Under the pieces are notes generated by a model. The model had not been told where the DNA came from. It saw only the letters and a program-made list of their open reading frames with translations, and did not search any database. Source: Octopus vulgaris (lineage: Eukaryota). From it: DNA of 64,000 nucleotides. The position numbers were made by a program, and so were the translations under genes. Shown in pieces: positions 1 to 13,715 of this stretch. The stretch's first letter is position 1. The number at the start of each line of letters is the position of its first letter. The stretch covers positions 4,278,001 through 4,342,000 of the forward strand of contig OX597825.1 in assembly GCA_951406725.2 (NCBI GenBank), given 5' to 3'.

Positions 1-22
1 ATATATATATATATATATATAC

Positions 23-58
<36 letters not shown>

Positions 59-1522
59 AAGAGAAACATAGAAAGACAGAGAGTGAGAGTTTGATTATAT
101 GCATACAAGCGGAGATGAATGTGTAGGTGCACAGATACATATTTACTTGACTATCTCATCGATGTTACATACACACCTAATGAAGGAACGATGTGCTATG
201 ATTAGAAGCTTGTTCTTTGCACGAAGCAGACATAGATCAATGCATATAAGGGGGATGGGGAGAGATACACTGACGGACAAAGACAAAGACAGGGAGAAAC
301 TCAGTGTGTGTGTGTTTGTGTGAGTTGGCATATTGATTACATTACATAGCATATGAACATTTAGCATAGCGTTAAATACCAAGAATTGGACTATTGGCAT
401 ATTACGCCATCCACGCCTGCTTAAGAAAATATATGCCGCAGGAATTTGCAGATAGTTGCTTCGCAATGACCCATAAAATCAGTATTATATTCAAGTGATT
501 TAGTAACTTGTTCAGCTCTCGTCACTAGGCAGATGAAAGCTTCATCCATCTTTGGAGGTCAACATTTGAAATATTGTCTATTGAACCAGAAGTCGTTCAT
601 TTAATTAGCCACAAGCCTATGATCCAGTTAAAATCTGATTTTATCACCGTCAATAATGACGCTAATGCTAAACTAACGGAATGAAATCTTTTACACGAAA
701 TCGGAATTCTCATTAATAGCTTTGAGCCTCCAGCCGTCGATAATTAAGGAAAAATCTCTAACTGCACAAACGATCTGCAATTATTAACACTTTGTATACA
801 AGCAAAATCCAGATATTCGTTGAGTGACCTTAGCAATGAACTATTCTGCTGTATATTATGTGTTTATTTGTATTGCATGAATAGAAAGGCGCGATTACAC
901 GCATATTTGGACCTTAAAGTTTTTGTTAGTCTGTGAATGACGGTAAAGAACGGAAATCAAATCAGCTTTTCTTGAATATTCTATAGCGTGATGAATTATG
1001 TTACGGAAGACATTAAAATGTGTTGAGCTTATTTTTCTAAAGTGAACAAAGTAGATGTTGATCGTTTGATAAATATGCAGCTTGTAATTATGTTTTAAAT
1101 TAGGTGATTGTAATTATAAATCATTTGATAATGTAAGTTCATATTTTCAATCATCAAGTTGTGTTGATTGTAAATAATATAAAATCCAAGGGAATATAAG
1201 ATGATAAATTTTAATCAATGTGATAGATTCTGGATAAGATTGCTTAACTGTGCGTGGTGCTTTTGTGTGTGACTTACTTATAGCGGTTATGCTGACGGCA
1301 GAGTAAATATGATGTCCAATCCTATCAACTATTATAATTGGTCTCCATTGTTTATGAACGCATCAATGTTTAGATGAAGTAATTGCGCTTCTGTTCATAC
1401 AATTTCACTGTCTAACGTAATTTGCATAAACATTACGGTAATTATATTCATTTGCATGTCGCTCTGTTTCGGAATATTTCTCATAAACAGTCTCCCCACA
1501 TATCTCTCTCCAGAAATAGGAA

Positions 1523-1624
<102 letters not shown>

Positions 1625-1837
1625 CACATTCATGTATGTATATATTTATGTGTATATATACATATATATATATGTGCTTATATACATGTATATATATACA
1701 CACACACGCACACACAAATGAATAGACACCACATAGAACACTGTTTTATGTTTATACTAACTTGTAATAGTTTATGGTTTATAATTTTCATTAATCGACA
1801 TTTTTATTTTTCAGGTTCTACATGTGACTGTGTAATC

Positions 1838-2315
1838 ATGCCATATGCACACAAGAAGCCTTAAAACTGTGTAAATTTCAAAGAGGCCTTTTTATGGGTC
1901 ATTCTCAACGTGGACATAGCGTAAAATCGCAGAAAACCTAAGGATCCCACTTTCTAAAGTTAATAGAGTGATTGTGCAAATCATGCGACATGGGAAGGAT
2001 TTCACATCAACTCGCCCATATCAACCAGAGCCCTCTGAAGGGACCTTTCTCTTTAAGAGAAGTGTGGAGGATAATCTTCGTTGCAAGGCTTCTAACATAG
2101 TATAACAAGTTCATGTCATTCCCAGAACAGTTGTCAGGTATCTCCACAAACTTGGTTACTATGGAAGAGCAGCTAGAAGGAAGCCACTTCTTCGACCAGC
2201 CAACATCAAGCGGATAAAGATTAGACTAGTAAGATGACCACTAGTATTTATGGACACTGTCATATTCTCTGATGAGTCCTGATTTATTACATGTTCTAAC
2301 AGAGGTCGAGTGTTT
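1838..2315 (+). pseudogene. Tc1-family transposase remnant (N-terminal HTH to first catalytic Asp)
   Basis: Manual translation across frameshifts gives LCKFQRGLFMGHSQRGHS, RKIAENLRIPLSKVNRVIVQ, LHKLGYYGRAARRKPLLRPANIKR and TVIFSDES*F. These match the Tc1 HTH, the KPLL linker and the (W)xxVIFSDES motif. A possible right end is TTTTTGCCAATCCAATG-TA near 2611; no left TIR was found. Confidence 0.85.
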
Positions 2316-2663
2316 CTGGCAATTAACACTAAACTTCACATATCTCTTTGTGAACTTCAGCATTTTTTCTTGCCTTTACAGAAATGAAAAAGTAAAATAT
2401 GGCGAAAATGTTCGTTTTTGCCATTCATGTTAAAATTGACACTTAACTAACAGCTGTAATAAAAATTACGCGCACTTTGCATCTAAGTTAAGCTAAAAAT
2501 AAGAGTATCCAATGTCAAAAGGAAAATAATCATAACACTGACAAAAGTCATTCAAAGATATTGTAAATCTGTTAGCAGAATCCGAAATTAATTTTTTGCC
2601 AATCCAATGTACACACACAAGCACACACACACACACACACACATACACACACACTTACACATG

Positions 2664-2725
<62 letters not shown>

Positions 2726-4196
2726 CTCACACACGATGTAGCCATGCATAGTCATTACATTCTCACGTAGAATATTATACACACATGTATGTATATTGAT
2801 AGCAAAAGATAGAATTGAAAAAAAAATTTAAATACTAATGTTAAAATACATTAAGTTGAAAGTAAGAGATGTTCTGCCAATTCTGGAAATGAAGAAGAAT
2901 GAGGATTCAATTAAATTGAATTTTATTAATGTGATAACGATTTCTATCAATCTCTCATGAGAAAATTTACTATCTATTGGCACAGTGTTCTGATGATCTC
3001 CTTTCATTCGATAGGTCATTAATATTTTACGAAAGCCTATCTCTCTATCGTTCACTGATTGTCGTTTGCGCATCTGCTTCGCTGGTGAATATTTATTACT
3101 GAGTACAGCATATATAACATTATTTCAGTTTCTGTAGGAAAAATAAACCTCTGATAGAATAATTAATAGTGTTCTCTTGCTAATTTTAGTCATTGTTTGT
3201 GCTCTACTTCATGGTAGCTAATGCATTTACCGTTCCCAGCTTGATTGCAACAGCCTACGTCGTTCTTTCGATCCTGTGGAGGGCAGCAGAGGGCAATTTT
3301 AACTTAAATGCGAATGGATGACCAGAGTTAAAATCGAAAAGACTCGTTTCACAAAGATGTAATACAATGGACTCAGATCCGAAGCTGCACGATTGTAATA
3401 CTAATATATGAACCACCCAGTTATTTCTAATCATACTGATTACTTAACATTAAAAGAATACGGTCATTATAATGACATTATATGTGAGTATATAAATCGA
3501 TGTATGTGAATGCTTGTGTTGTCTTCTGTTTTTAATTATTCCAGAGCTTCCTCCGAGAGCTGGTTTCTGTCAAAGGTACAAAGCTCCGTCGTTGGAACGA
3601 AGATAAGTAAATCAAATTCACATTTGTATGTATATATTTATGTATTTATGTTGATAGGGAAGTGCATGCATAGCTAACTTATATTTATCAAACTTTTTCC
3701 CCGAAACGTTTAAGTTCTATTATAGTATACAAAGCGATCATTTGAACTGAAATAAACGGTTAGTTTGGTCTTTTCATAATCATACATTTTTCACGAACCA
3801 GTGAATCATATATTGCAAAATGTCTAAATATTCACAGCAAAACGTTCCTTGGAACAACATCTTCAATACAAAGGTGAATAACAATTCATGGGAGAAATAT
3901 TGAATTGGAATAGAAAATATTGTTAGTTAGTTTTCATAATTGAAATTTAAAAAGTAGAATCGTCGTTCGTTTGTTTTCGCTTTTTTTATTCTTCTAAATT
4001 CATATTTTTTTATAGAAATATATTGAACTATTACAGTAAAGAAAAACTTAATTACAACAGCTTCAATAGAATTTTGTCGAAGTGGACAGATATCTATATA
4101 AAAAGCGCCGCACACAGAACATATTCACACACATATATTAGTGTATACGGGAGTATGAATGTGCGTGTTATGTATGTATATATATATATATATATG

Positions 4197-4273
<77 letters not shown>

Positions 4274-5030
4274 CTATATGTATATGTATGTATATAAATG
4301 TATACATACATAATTGTAAATGTATATGAATATATTTATATATAATATATGTGTCTGTGTGTATGGGTAGATAAATCTTTGAGCTATTTTTCTTTTCCTC
4401 ATCTAATTTATTTTGTGCGCAATTATTAATATTCATCAAATAAATATTGCCTGGTCACCAGTCTATTTATCCGTTCAAATATCCACCTATACATAATTTT
4501 AAATGTGGCCCTACGGCAACATAATAACAGTTGTTTTCCTATCATAACAATTCTCTACACTGCATTCTTCATTTTCGTCGGTTACTCTCTACCTGTTTGC
4601 CTTGTTTTGACTGCAGCTTCTTAACACCTGAATATACCTGGAAAGGCTTCTTTGGGAATCATCTTATCTTTTGGGTATACATGGAAATGGTGGGAAAAAA
4701 GTGCTTCAGGTTTCATCACGGCCAACGTCTTCTAGAAAGACAAAAACATAGTCGGAAAGAGAAAATGATACCACCAATATATGACTAAGTTCATTATCGA
4801 CTCAAAAAAGATGGTTCCAGTATATTTTGAGCTTTGATCTCGTAGTGAAGACAGCGGCAATGATTAGTATACGAAAAGCAAAAGAGATCTATGGAGGCTC
4901 TAATATATCTCTGACACTATTCGACTTGTCTACCTTGCAGATAATCCTAGTAATCGTTCACTTTTACATACACCATTCTGTGAATGAGTGGCGTTATTGT
5001 ATTTTCTTGTTTATTCTTCTTTATTCGGAT

Positions 5031-5083
<53 letters not shown>

Positions 5084-5177
5084 CGGGAAGCTTTACGAAA
5101 ATAAACAAAAGACGAAGGCAGGTGGAGTACAAACAAACAATTGTATTAGTATGGCGCTCAGGAATAGAAATAAAACA

Positions 5178-5220
5178 AGTATTTTACGTTTCGAGCCTAC
5201 GTCCTTCACCAGAAAGATAC
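5178..5220 (-). ncRNA. Degenerate minimal hammerhead ribozyme-like motif in a small repeat
   Basis: Minus strand reads GTATCTTT-CTGGTGA-A-GGAC-GTAG-GCTC-GAAA-CG-TA-AAATAC. The core CUGANGA has one substitution, stem II is imperfect, and GAAA, an ACGT palindrome, a GUA triplet and a short stem I follow. Confidence 0.5.
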
Positions 5221-6316
5221 AGAGAAAAGAAACACGGAGAGAAACAAGGAGAGAAAAAATGCTTGCAGGAGCTAACGAATCAACATGGCACATACATACA
5301 CTCCTGTTTACACTTGCATGCGTACCCACAGACACACACACATGCAACATGCATTCAAAAGGAGAGCTAGAGATTTTTTATGGATACCTAACGTTTATTA
5401 CCATCCTCCAACAGCTTAGTCAAATACCGAAATATCACAGGCGTTTTTGTATGTGTGACTATGTGCATAAAATTCAGTGCTTTATATTTTATTTGTTTGT
5501 TATTCTAGGAACGTTTATTGAATCTATGTGTACATTGAGAAGCAGCATACTTTCGATATACAATATATATATATATATATATATGATGCAAAACATACAC
5601 AAGTGTATATATACTAACCCGTTGAATGGAGCACGCTGTCAAAAGCATAAACGTTCAGCGTGGTGTGGGCAGAGAAAAAGATGGTGTGTTTTTATAAGCA
5701 TTGAAAATTGTATTGCTGATCGCTATGATATACAGGGTGTTTATGTCAAATGCCCTCTACTGAGGAAGCGGTAGAAATGTAATATATGCCTTACTCGGTT
5801 TGAATGCTGTCCCAGTAGATTTCGATCGTGTCAAAATTGTAAATACACTGGTGTTGTTTCTGTTGTTGTTGTTGATGGTTTATTGTTAGTGGTCTCTTAT
5901 TGATTCAGCTCTTGCATTATTGTTAAGTACACATAAATGATTTGGGGATTTTGGATTCTTATTCAATTAATGAGAACTCAGCTCGCCTGGAATGTTGTAC
6001 ATTCACTTGTCATGTATTCACACTTGTTGATAAGTTCTATGCCATTCTATATATGTGTGTAAGCATGTATCTTCGCTCTATTTTTGTGAATTCCCGTTGG
6101 TGTGTCTATGAGTTCTGTATGTGTGAGCGACAATGGATGTGTGTATGACGTGTGCATGTATGTACGTATGTATGTATGTAGGTTAGGGCTACGATGCGTA
6201 AGAAAATGCCGTGTGCAAGTTTATTGTACATTACATGATGCGTTAGCGAGTAAGAATGCGTGTACGTGTATGTAGCCATCATAGAAATATTGTTCCTAGC
6301 GAAGGGCACATTGTTA

Positions 6317-6383
<67 letters not shown>

Positions 6384-6519
6384 ACATACATACATGTATT
6401 ATATGAACACATACATATATGTGTATGTATGTATGTATATATATATATATACATGTGTGTGTATGTATATATGTGTGCGTGTATATATATATATAGGTTT
6501 ATATATATATATATATGTT

Positions 6520-6573
<54 letters not shown>

Positions 6574-7010
6574 TGTATATAAATGTGTATGTATGTTTCT
6601 GTGTGTATATGTTGAACATTTGATGCATGTGTATGTATATGCATATGTATGTGTAAATTATTTATATATATGTATTCATATATATGCCTATATATATGTT
6701 TGTCTGTGAGAGTGTACATATTCATACACAAATATACATTTATGGGTATGTATTTGTGTGTGTGTATGTTTCTATGCGTATTTTTCAACGTTTTCTTTGC
6801 ATAATCCTGTTCGATTTCGTGCTTGCCTCTGTATGTGTGTGTGTGTGGTTGTGTAGATGTCAGCTTATTATATGCATGATAACACTACAAACGAATATGA
6901 ATATATGTTCCCGTGTATAAGTGTGTGTGTGTGTATTCCAGTGTATATTTGTGTGTATGGATATGATTGTTCGTGTGTGTATGCTTATGTGTGTGCTTAC
7001 ACACACACAT

Positions 7011-7093
<83 letters not shown>

Positions 7094-7614
7094 TACATAT
7101 TTGTTGTGTGTATGTGCCCTTGAGTGTGTGAAAGCGTGTTGACATGATCTCGAAGAGTTGTTTATGTATCCGAATTTGTTTTCCTAACCGGTGAAAAGGT
7201 TGAGCAAAGCTTGCTTGCTTCAATTTCAAAAGAACACGTGCACAAATATTATGGCAATCAATAAAAGATAGCCATCTCCCTTTAAAATCTTGCCGTCTTT
7301 CACCATGCTCACTTAAAACACACAGAAAGCGCGCACAAAACCAACACAACACCAACACAAAAACGGCTACAACACAAATATTTACTTTATGATGAAATAT
7401 ATTTCAGTTTTAGCTCTTTATATGTATTTATCGATTGATTGTTCAACTACAACGGAGATTATCTTGTTGATTTCGTTCGAGCTTTCGCCAGCGAAATAAT
7501 ATTGTTGTTGTTGTTATTATTATTATATTATTAATTTTATATAGCCTAAACTTCGAATGACATAAAGCGAAACAAATGAAAACAAACAATTTTCATTTTC
7601 GATCTCTGCCGATA

Positions 7615-8290
<676 letters not shown>

Positions 8291-8897
8291 CTCGTTACTA
8301 GAGAGCTCATTCCCGGTAACCACTTTCAGAAACGGTAGAACCAGCAGCAGCATTAACTACAGCAACAACAGCAGCAACAACGGCAGAAGTTGGAATTCTC
8401 TTCTGCAATATTTAAAGATCGCAAGATAACGCCGTCTTTAATCAGACAACGATTTTGAAAATTACTACATTAATGATAAAAGATCAAACCGAACGTATAA
8501 AACACATGGCTTGCCATTTCCTACATTTCAGAATACACGATTACACATAGAAAACACGAATGGTTTATCAATGATTGCGTAAGTTTATGCAAAAAGATCG
8601 CTCCTCCTCCACCTCTTCTGGTATTTATAAACCAGGGAAAGTATATTGCATAACACTGCTCTGAATGTTATACGTCGGAAAATTAAGAGTGGATGATCAC
8701 ACCTAGAAATCCTTTCACAATGTGGCTTCTGCGTCGCTGAACTGGAGCTAAAAGAGCATCAGCTAAGGAGGCGTTTGCAGCAGTGGTTTTCAACCGGGGT
8801 TCATACGACTCTTAGGGATTCATGTAAGATTTTATAGTTAAAACGATTCTGCAATAAAATCGTTGCACTCCTACAACACACGAAATATTTTGAACAT

Positions 8898-9102
8898 TTG
8901 CAGCGTGGAAGGTGTTTATAAGCCATTTAAAAACACACAAAAACCGTTAGATTCATTTCAACACTTGAATTTAATTTGTCAGTGAGCAGTTCGCGGTTTC
9001 AAAGCGATAAAAATATTTTGGCAAATTAAATTGAAATGTTGAAGGGAATGTAACGGTTTTTGTGTGTTTTTAAATGGCTTATCAACACCTTCCACGCTGC
9101 AA
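8898..9102. mobile_element. Foldback element: two 84-bp inverted arms around a hammerhead-like core
   Basis: 8898-8981 (TTGCAGCGTGGAAGGTG...AATTTGTCA) is the reverse complement of 9019-9102 with about 7 mismatches; the spacer is 37 nt. Confidence 0.9.
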
Positions 9103-9210
9103 TTGTTTTGTTTCAGCACATGATCTGAGATCAGGCTACTTGCTATGCAATTACGTCTCCGTAATTGTGAAATATTTTCTGGTTTTTATACAGTTCCTAA
9201 TGATGATTTC

Positions 9211-9358
9211 TACTATAATCACAAGGCCTGAAATTTGTGGGGAGGGATAAGTCGATCACATCGACCCCTGTTCATCCGAAAGGATGAAAGACAAAGTCGA
9301 ACTGGGTGGTATTTGATCTCAGAACGTAAGGACTAACGATTCTGCCAGCTCACCGCCT
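9211..9358 (-). mobile_element. tRNA-derived SINE (family A), internally deleted
   Basis: Contains the reverse complement of the family-A core (CCGAAAGGATGAAAGACAAAGTCGA...ATTTGATCTCAGAACGT) and head (CTGCCAGCTCACCGCC). Confidence 0.85.
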
Positions 9359-9389
9359 GAACACAATTCCCAATAATATTCAATTATTA

Positions 9390-9590
9390 AGGCGGTTTGC
9401 CGAGCCAAATGCTTAGCAGCATTTCGCCTGTCTGCACGTTCTGGGTTCAAATTCCGCCGAAGTCGACTTTGCTTTTCATGCTTTCGGGGATGGATAAATT
9501 ACGTACCACTTGGACACTGGGTTCGATATGATCAATTAAAAAACCCTTTCCACAAAATTCCATGCCTTGTGCCAACATTTGAAACCAATT
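9390..9590 (+). mobile_element. tRNA-derived SINE (family A)
   Basis: B-box-like GGGTTCAAATTCC followed by GCCGAAGTCGACTTTGCTTTTCATGCTTTCGGGG, shared with many copies in the window. Confidence 0.85.
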
Positions 9591-9839
9591 ATGTTCAGTT
9601 ATAAAAAATACAGTAAGATTGTTTTATATGTAAACAGAGAAGAGCTACAGAGGTCCAGAGAGTGAACTCGGAATGAAAGGGGTCCATAGGTCAAAAACTG
9701 TTTCCGGATTACTGATTTTACAGATTCAGCACATCCAGATCTGAATACTAGCTAGAGATCCCTCAAAACCTAAAGTCAGCGCTTTTCTTTTTAAGCAAGA
9801 TGGATGTCAAATTATCGAATGTAATTTATAATATACGTT

Positions 9840-10200
9840 TGGCACACAATTATCAATGTTGAGTGGAGAAATTAGTCTATTAGAGTAACTCAAGTGCTCA
9901 ACTGATACTTTATTTTATTGACCTTGAAATGATGAACGGCAAAGTCGATTCGGCAGAAAATTTGTTCTTAGAGCGTAAAAAGTCTGAACAAATCCCGCTA
10001 AATGTTCCCTCTGACATGCTAACCATTTTTGTATTACCCCACCTTTCAAATTTTTGTTGCTAATTTTGGCACAAGGCGAACTACTTCGAGAGAATAAGCG
10101 TATGTCAGTTACATCGAAGACAATACTTGACTGGTATTTCATTGACCCAGGAAGGATGAAAAGAAGACGAGTTAACGTCAAATGGATTTGAACTCAGAAC
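9840..10200 (-). mobile_element. Two degenerate family-A SINE copies in tandem
   Basis: GATGAACGGCAAAGTCGATTCGGCAGAA and GGAAGGATGAAAAG...GGATTTGAACTCAGAAC match the family-A core. Confidence 0.65.
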
Positions 10201-10611
10201 CTAACCATATAAGCTGTTTGAAATAGTCACTAACCAAGGCTGTCTTATTGTAGTTTACAATACGTACGTTTGCAAATATAGACGTAACGGCTAAAATAAT
10301 TTTCAGAATAATTTGGTGTCATCCTTGACCAGGAACGACAAAAAAAAAAGGGTTAAATATTAGAGAAGGTGATTTTTACATGGAAGAAATAGTAGGTCTC
10401 TAACTGCGTTTTACATTTCTGAAGCGCGATTCTTCACGTTCTGATTTCAATACCTGTCAGTGCCATCATTGTCGTTCTTCTTTTCGTAGTCGATAAAATA
10501 AAAGTATTACCTATGCAAAAAGGTCGATTTTACCCTTCATTGAAAATTGCTGGCTTTATGTCTAAATAAGAAACAGTTATAAGTATCACTGTGTGTGTGT
10601 TACGTGTCCTT

Positions 10612-10850
10612 GCGCGTGGCTTAAGAGTTAGAGCTTTTTATACTCATCGTATTTTTGGTTCCGGGACCGGGCGATACGTTGTGGTCTTGAGCAAGACACT
10701 TCATTTCACTTTGCTCCAGTCCGCACAACTAGCAAAAAGGAACAATGCTGCAACGGAATGATTTCCTATCTAGAAGGAATGATACATGCCAGAGAATCCG
10801 AGAAACCAACCGTTATGAGCCTATGGCACAGGAATGAGCCTTGATCGTTT
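10612..10850 (+). mobile_element. tRNA-derived SINE (family C, CORE/V-SINE-like block)
   Basis: A-box-like GCGCGTGGCTTAAGAGTTAG, then GTCTTGAGCAAGACACTTCATTTCACTTTGCTCC, a block typical of CORE/V-type SINEs. Confidence 0.55.
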
Positions 10851-10870
10851 TTGGTATACATACATACATG

Positions 10871-10903
<33 letters not shown>

Positions 10904-11839
10904 ATAAATAGAGAGAGAGAGAGAGTGAGAGAGAGAGTGATGCGTAAATGTGTGAATGCGCATGTGCTTGTGTTATCTCTGCAGAGGCATCGACAAGCTA
11001 TTTCGAGAATATGTTATGATGATATGATGATTGTAAATGGGTATTATTTGCCTCGCTTGTATTTGATTTGTATATAATACTGGAGCGATAGTTATCGTGA
11101 TCCAGTAAAGAACAACAATGTATATATATGAACAGCCGCATTATTAAATTTAATAAAAGGAAAAATTACGGGTCGTTACATACGGATATATATTTTATTA
11201 GGCTCTAATCTCGGTATACTTATCTTCGATATTCCTCTTTAAAGACTTAGCCTCATCGAATTTACGTTATCATCGTATCGATCTTTCCTTTTAGATGTAA
11301 ATGCAAAGACACTCATATCAAGTAGCGTAGGCTCTTTTATATTAGATGCAGAAATGTGAAGAGCCCTTAGGAATCAAATGAGTGAATCGTTTGATCATTA
11401 AGTGAGTGAGAACGTTTGATCATTAGCTGAGAGAGTGAGTGAGTGATGTATCGATACAAATGAAAATTACAATCTGTATGATTTATTTATTCCCTCTCCT
11501 CTCTGTTCACTACGAAAATAGCTTTCCGCTGAGACCTTTTATATCACATTCAGATCACATATTACTGTAAATCTATTCAGCGTATGTTTCTAAATGCATT
11601 CAGAAGAATTATGTTTCTACTTAACAGCTATTTCCATCTACCTTATTACTTAGCTGCCTGTCTACGAGTCAACGGGGGAACCACCGCGTGTTCGTTCTAC
11701 CAACTAGAAATTGCAACTAAATCTACCGCAATCTTCACCTTCACATCTTCAATGATAAACTGATATATTCGCAAGTAAATTCATACGTACCGCTCAAAAG
11801 ACAGGAGAGGCATGGTTGGATTATCTGTTAAATAATGCT

Positions 11840-11985
11840 ATCTACTATAAGCGCAAAGCTTGGGATTTTGGGAGAAGGGGAATACCCGATTACATCGACC
11901 CCCACTACTCAACTGGTACTTACTTTATCGACCCCGAAAAGATGGCAAGCATAGTCGACCTTGGCGGAATTTGAACTTTGAACAT
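11840..11985 (-). mobile_element. Family-A SINE, 5'-truncated
   Basis: GATTACATCGACCCCC...AACTGGTACTTACTTTATCGACCCCGAAAAGATGGCAAGCATAGTCGACCTTGGCGGAATTTGAAC. Confidence 0.85.
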
Positions 11986-13295
11986 ACATATACGTATACA
12001 CACAAAAACACACACTCACACATACATATACGGGTTTAGATGAACGTGCGTATTTGCGTTTGCGTTTTCAACATACATGTGTAAATGTGTAACAATAAGA
12101 CCATTTTTATAATACTTGCGTAAGACAAAGTTTGAAAAACAATTTCAATTAGTCAAATATGTATTTTGTTGTGGGGGGACGGATTGAAAGTAAATTGTAT
12201 GCTGCGTCAAGCTGGTAAATCAACTGCTTATGGGAGTAGAAATGTTGACAGGGACTTGGTTCCTTACGTTAAGAGTCACTGAAGCGCTGTGTACATCGCG
12301 TGTGTGCCCCAAGAGTGGTGTATGTGTGTGCGTGTCTGCACGTGCATTTTTTACGAGTGACAGGTTTCCAGTGTAGAATAGCATCCAGTATATCTTACTT
12401 ATCGTAGATATACAAGAAGGCCACAACAGTTGTATTTTGTATAGAAAGCAACTACTATAAACATGAAGTGCTACAATGCACAGTCGCATTACTCACGAAA
12501 TTGTTTGTCTGCACAACTGTAAGTAGACGAGACACATGCATGGCTTCTACAACAACATATCAAAATACATAATCCTTCATAGGTCTCTAAATATATGAAT
12601 GTAGGGTGACTAACTTCTAAAGTTCCTGTTTTATGTGAAAACTTTATAATTTCACATGGAAATAAATACATATTTACGAATAATATATAGCGTTTCTGTT
12701 CATATTTGCCTCTGTCTCTACCTATTTCAACTTGGTGTATATATGTACGTTTCCATCTTAAAAGACGAGAATGTATAAAGACGCCGATATGTATATATTC
12801 ACATCCTAATTAGTGTGTGCTTGTTTAACTGTGCATTTGTATTCTGGAAATGTGTAAGTGGATGTTGTGTTGGTACATATGTCCGATAATATACGAAGGC
12901 TAACACCATGTGTTGGAAACCGGAACAGATACATTTTTTAAAGGTAGCTATAGTTGTTAATGGGCAGTTACGACGTAGCTATAATTTGAATGGAAGCACA
13001 ATTATTTTCTGTTGATTGATAGTAGAGCATAATTAAAGTGACAATTATAACTACTCCTTCCCCCATTTCATTATCTAGAAAGATCAAAGAAAAATCGGTC
13101 AGGATTTAAAGAGAGAAACCTCTCGAATATAAAATATATTCTATAAAACATTCAATGTTGTTCACTGCAGACACAATGGAGACTACGTTTTCGACAGTTT
13201 CCAAACAACAGCGGGAATAACAGCAACAGTTTTAAGGACTCATTTCACGTAAATTACAAATGGTGGTTCTCTCCCTTTGAAAGTTGGTCATAATA

Positions 13296-13715
13296 TATTT
13301 CCTTACTGCCCACAAGGGGCTAAACATAGAGGGGACAAACAAGGACAGACAAATGTATTAAGTCGATTACATCGACCCCCAGTGCGAAACTGTTACTTTA
13401 TTTATCGACCCCGAAAAGGTGAAAGGCAAATTCGACCGCGGTGGAATTTGAACTCAAAACGTAACGACAGACGAAATACCTGTTTCTTTACTACCCACAA
13501 GAAGCTAAACACAGAAAGGACAAACAAGGACAGACACACGGGTTAAGTCGATTATATCGACCCCAGTGCGTAACTGGTACTTAATTTATCAACCCCGAAA
13601 GGATGAAAGGCAAAGTCGACCTCGGCGGGATTTGAACTCAGAACGTAGCGTCGGAGGAAATACCACAAAGCATTTCGCCCGGCGTGGTAACGTTTCTGCC
13701 AGCCCGCCGCCTAAG
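13296..13715 (-). mobile_element. Dimeric family-A SINE with 13-bp target-site duplication
   Basis: Two head-to-tail units (about 13296-13480 and 13481-13712) flanked by the direct repeat GTTGGTCATAATA at 13283-13295 and 13716-13728. Confidence 0.92.

Larger units (their letters stand above)
8781..9714. mobile_element. hAT/Charlie-like MITE with nested insertions
   Basis: Left end CAGTGGTTTTCAACCGGGGTTCAT. Right end GGGGTCCATAGGTCAAAAACTGTTTCCGGATTACTG is an imperfect inverted match. Contains a foldback element and two SINEs. An 8-bp TSD is only partly recognisable. Confidence 0.45.

Noticed and set aside
2269-2290. CTGATGAG hammerhead-like core
   Set aside because: It encodes SDES of the Tc1 transposase; no stem II or GAAA follows.
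4827-5774. 315-aa ORF
   Set aside because: Runs through (TA)n tracts and repeat fragments; no recognisable protein.
5731-5780. TA-CAGGGTG transposon-like end
   Set aside because: No matching inverted end found.
13296-13715. CRISPR-like repeat-spacer pattern from repeated GTCGA/TCGAC motifs
   Set aside because: No regular spacers or cas genes; it is a SINE dimer in eukaryotic DNA.
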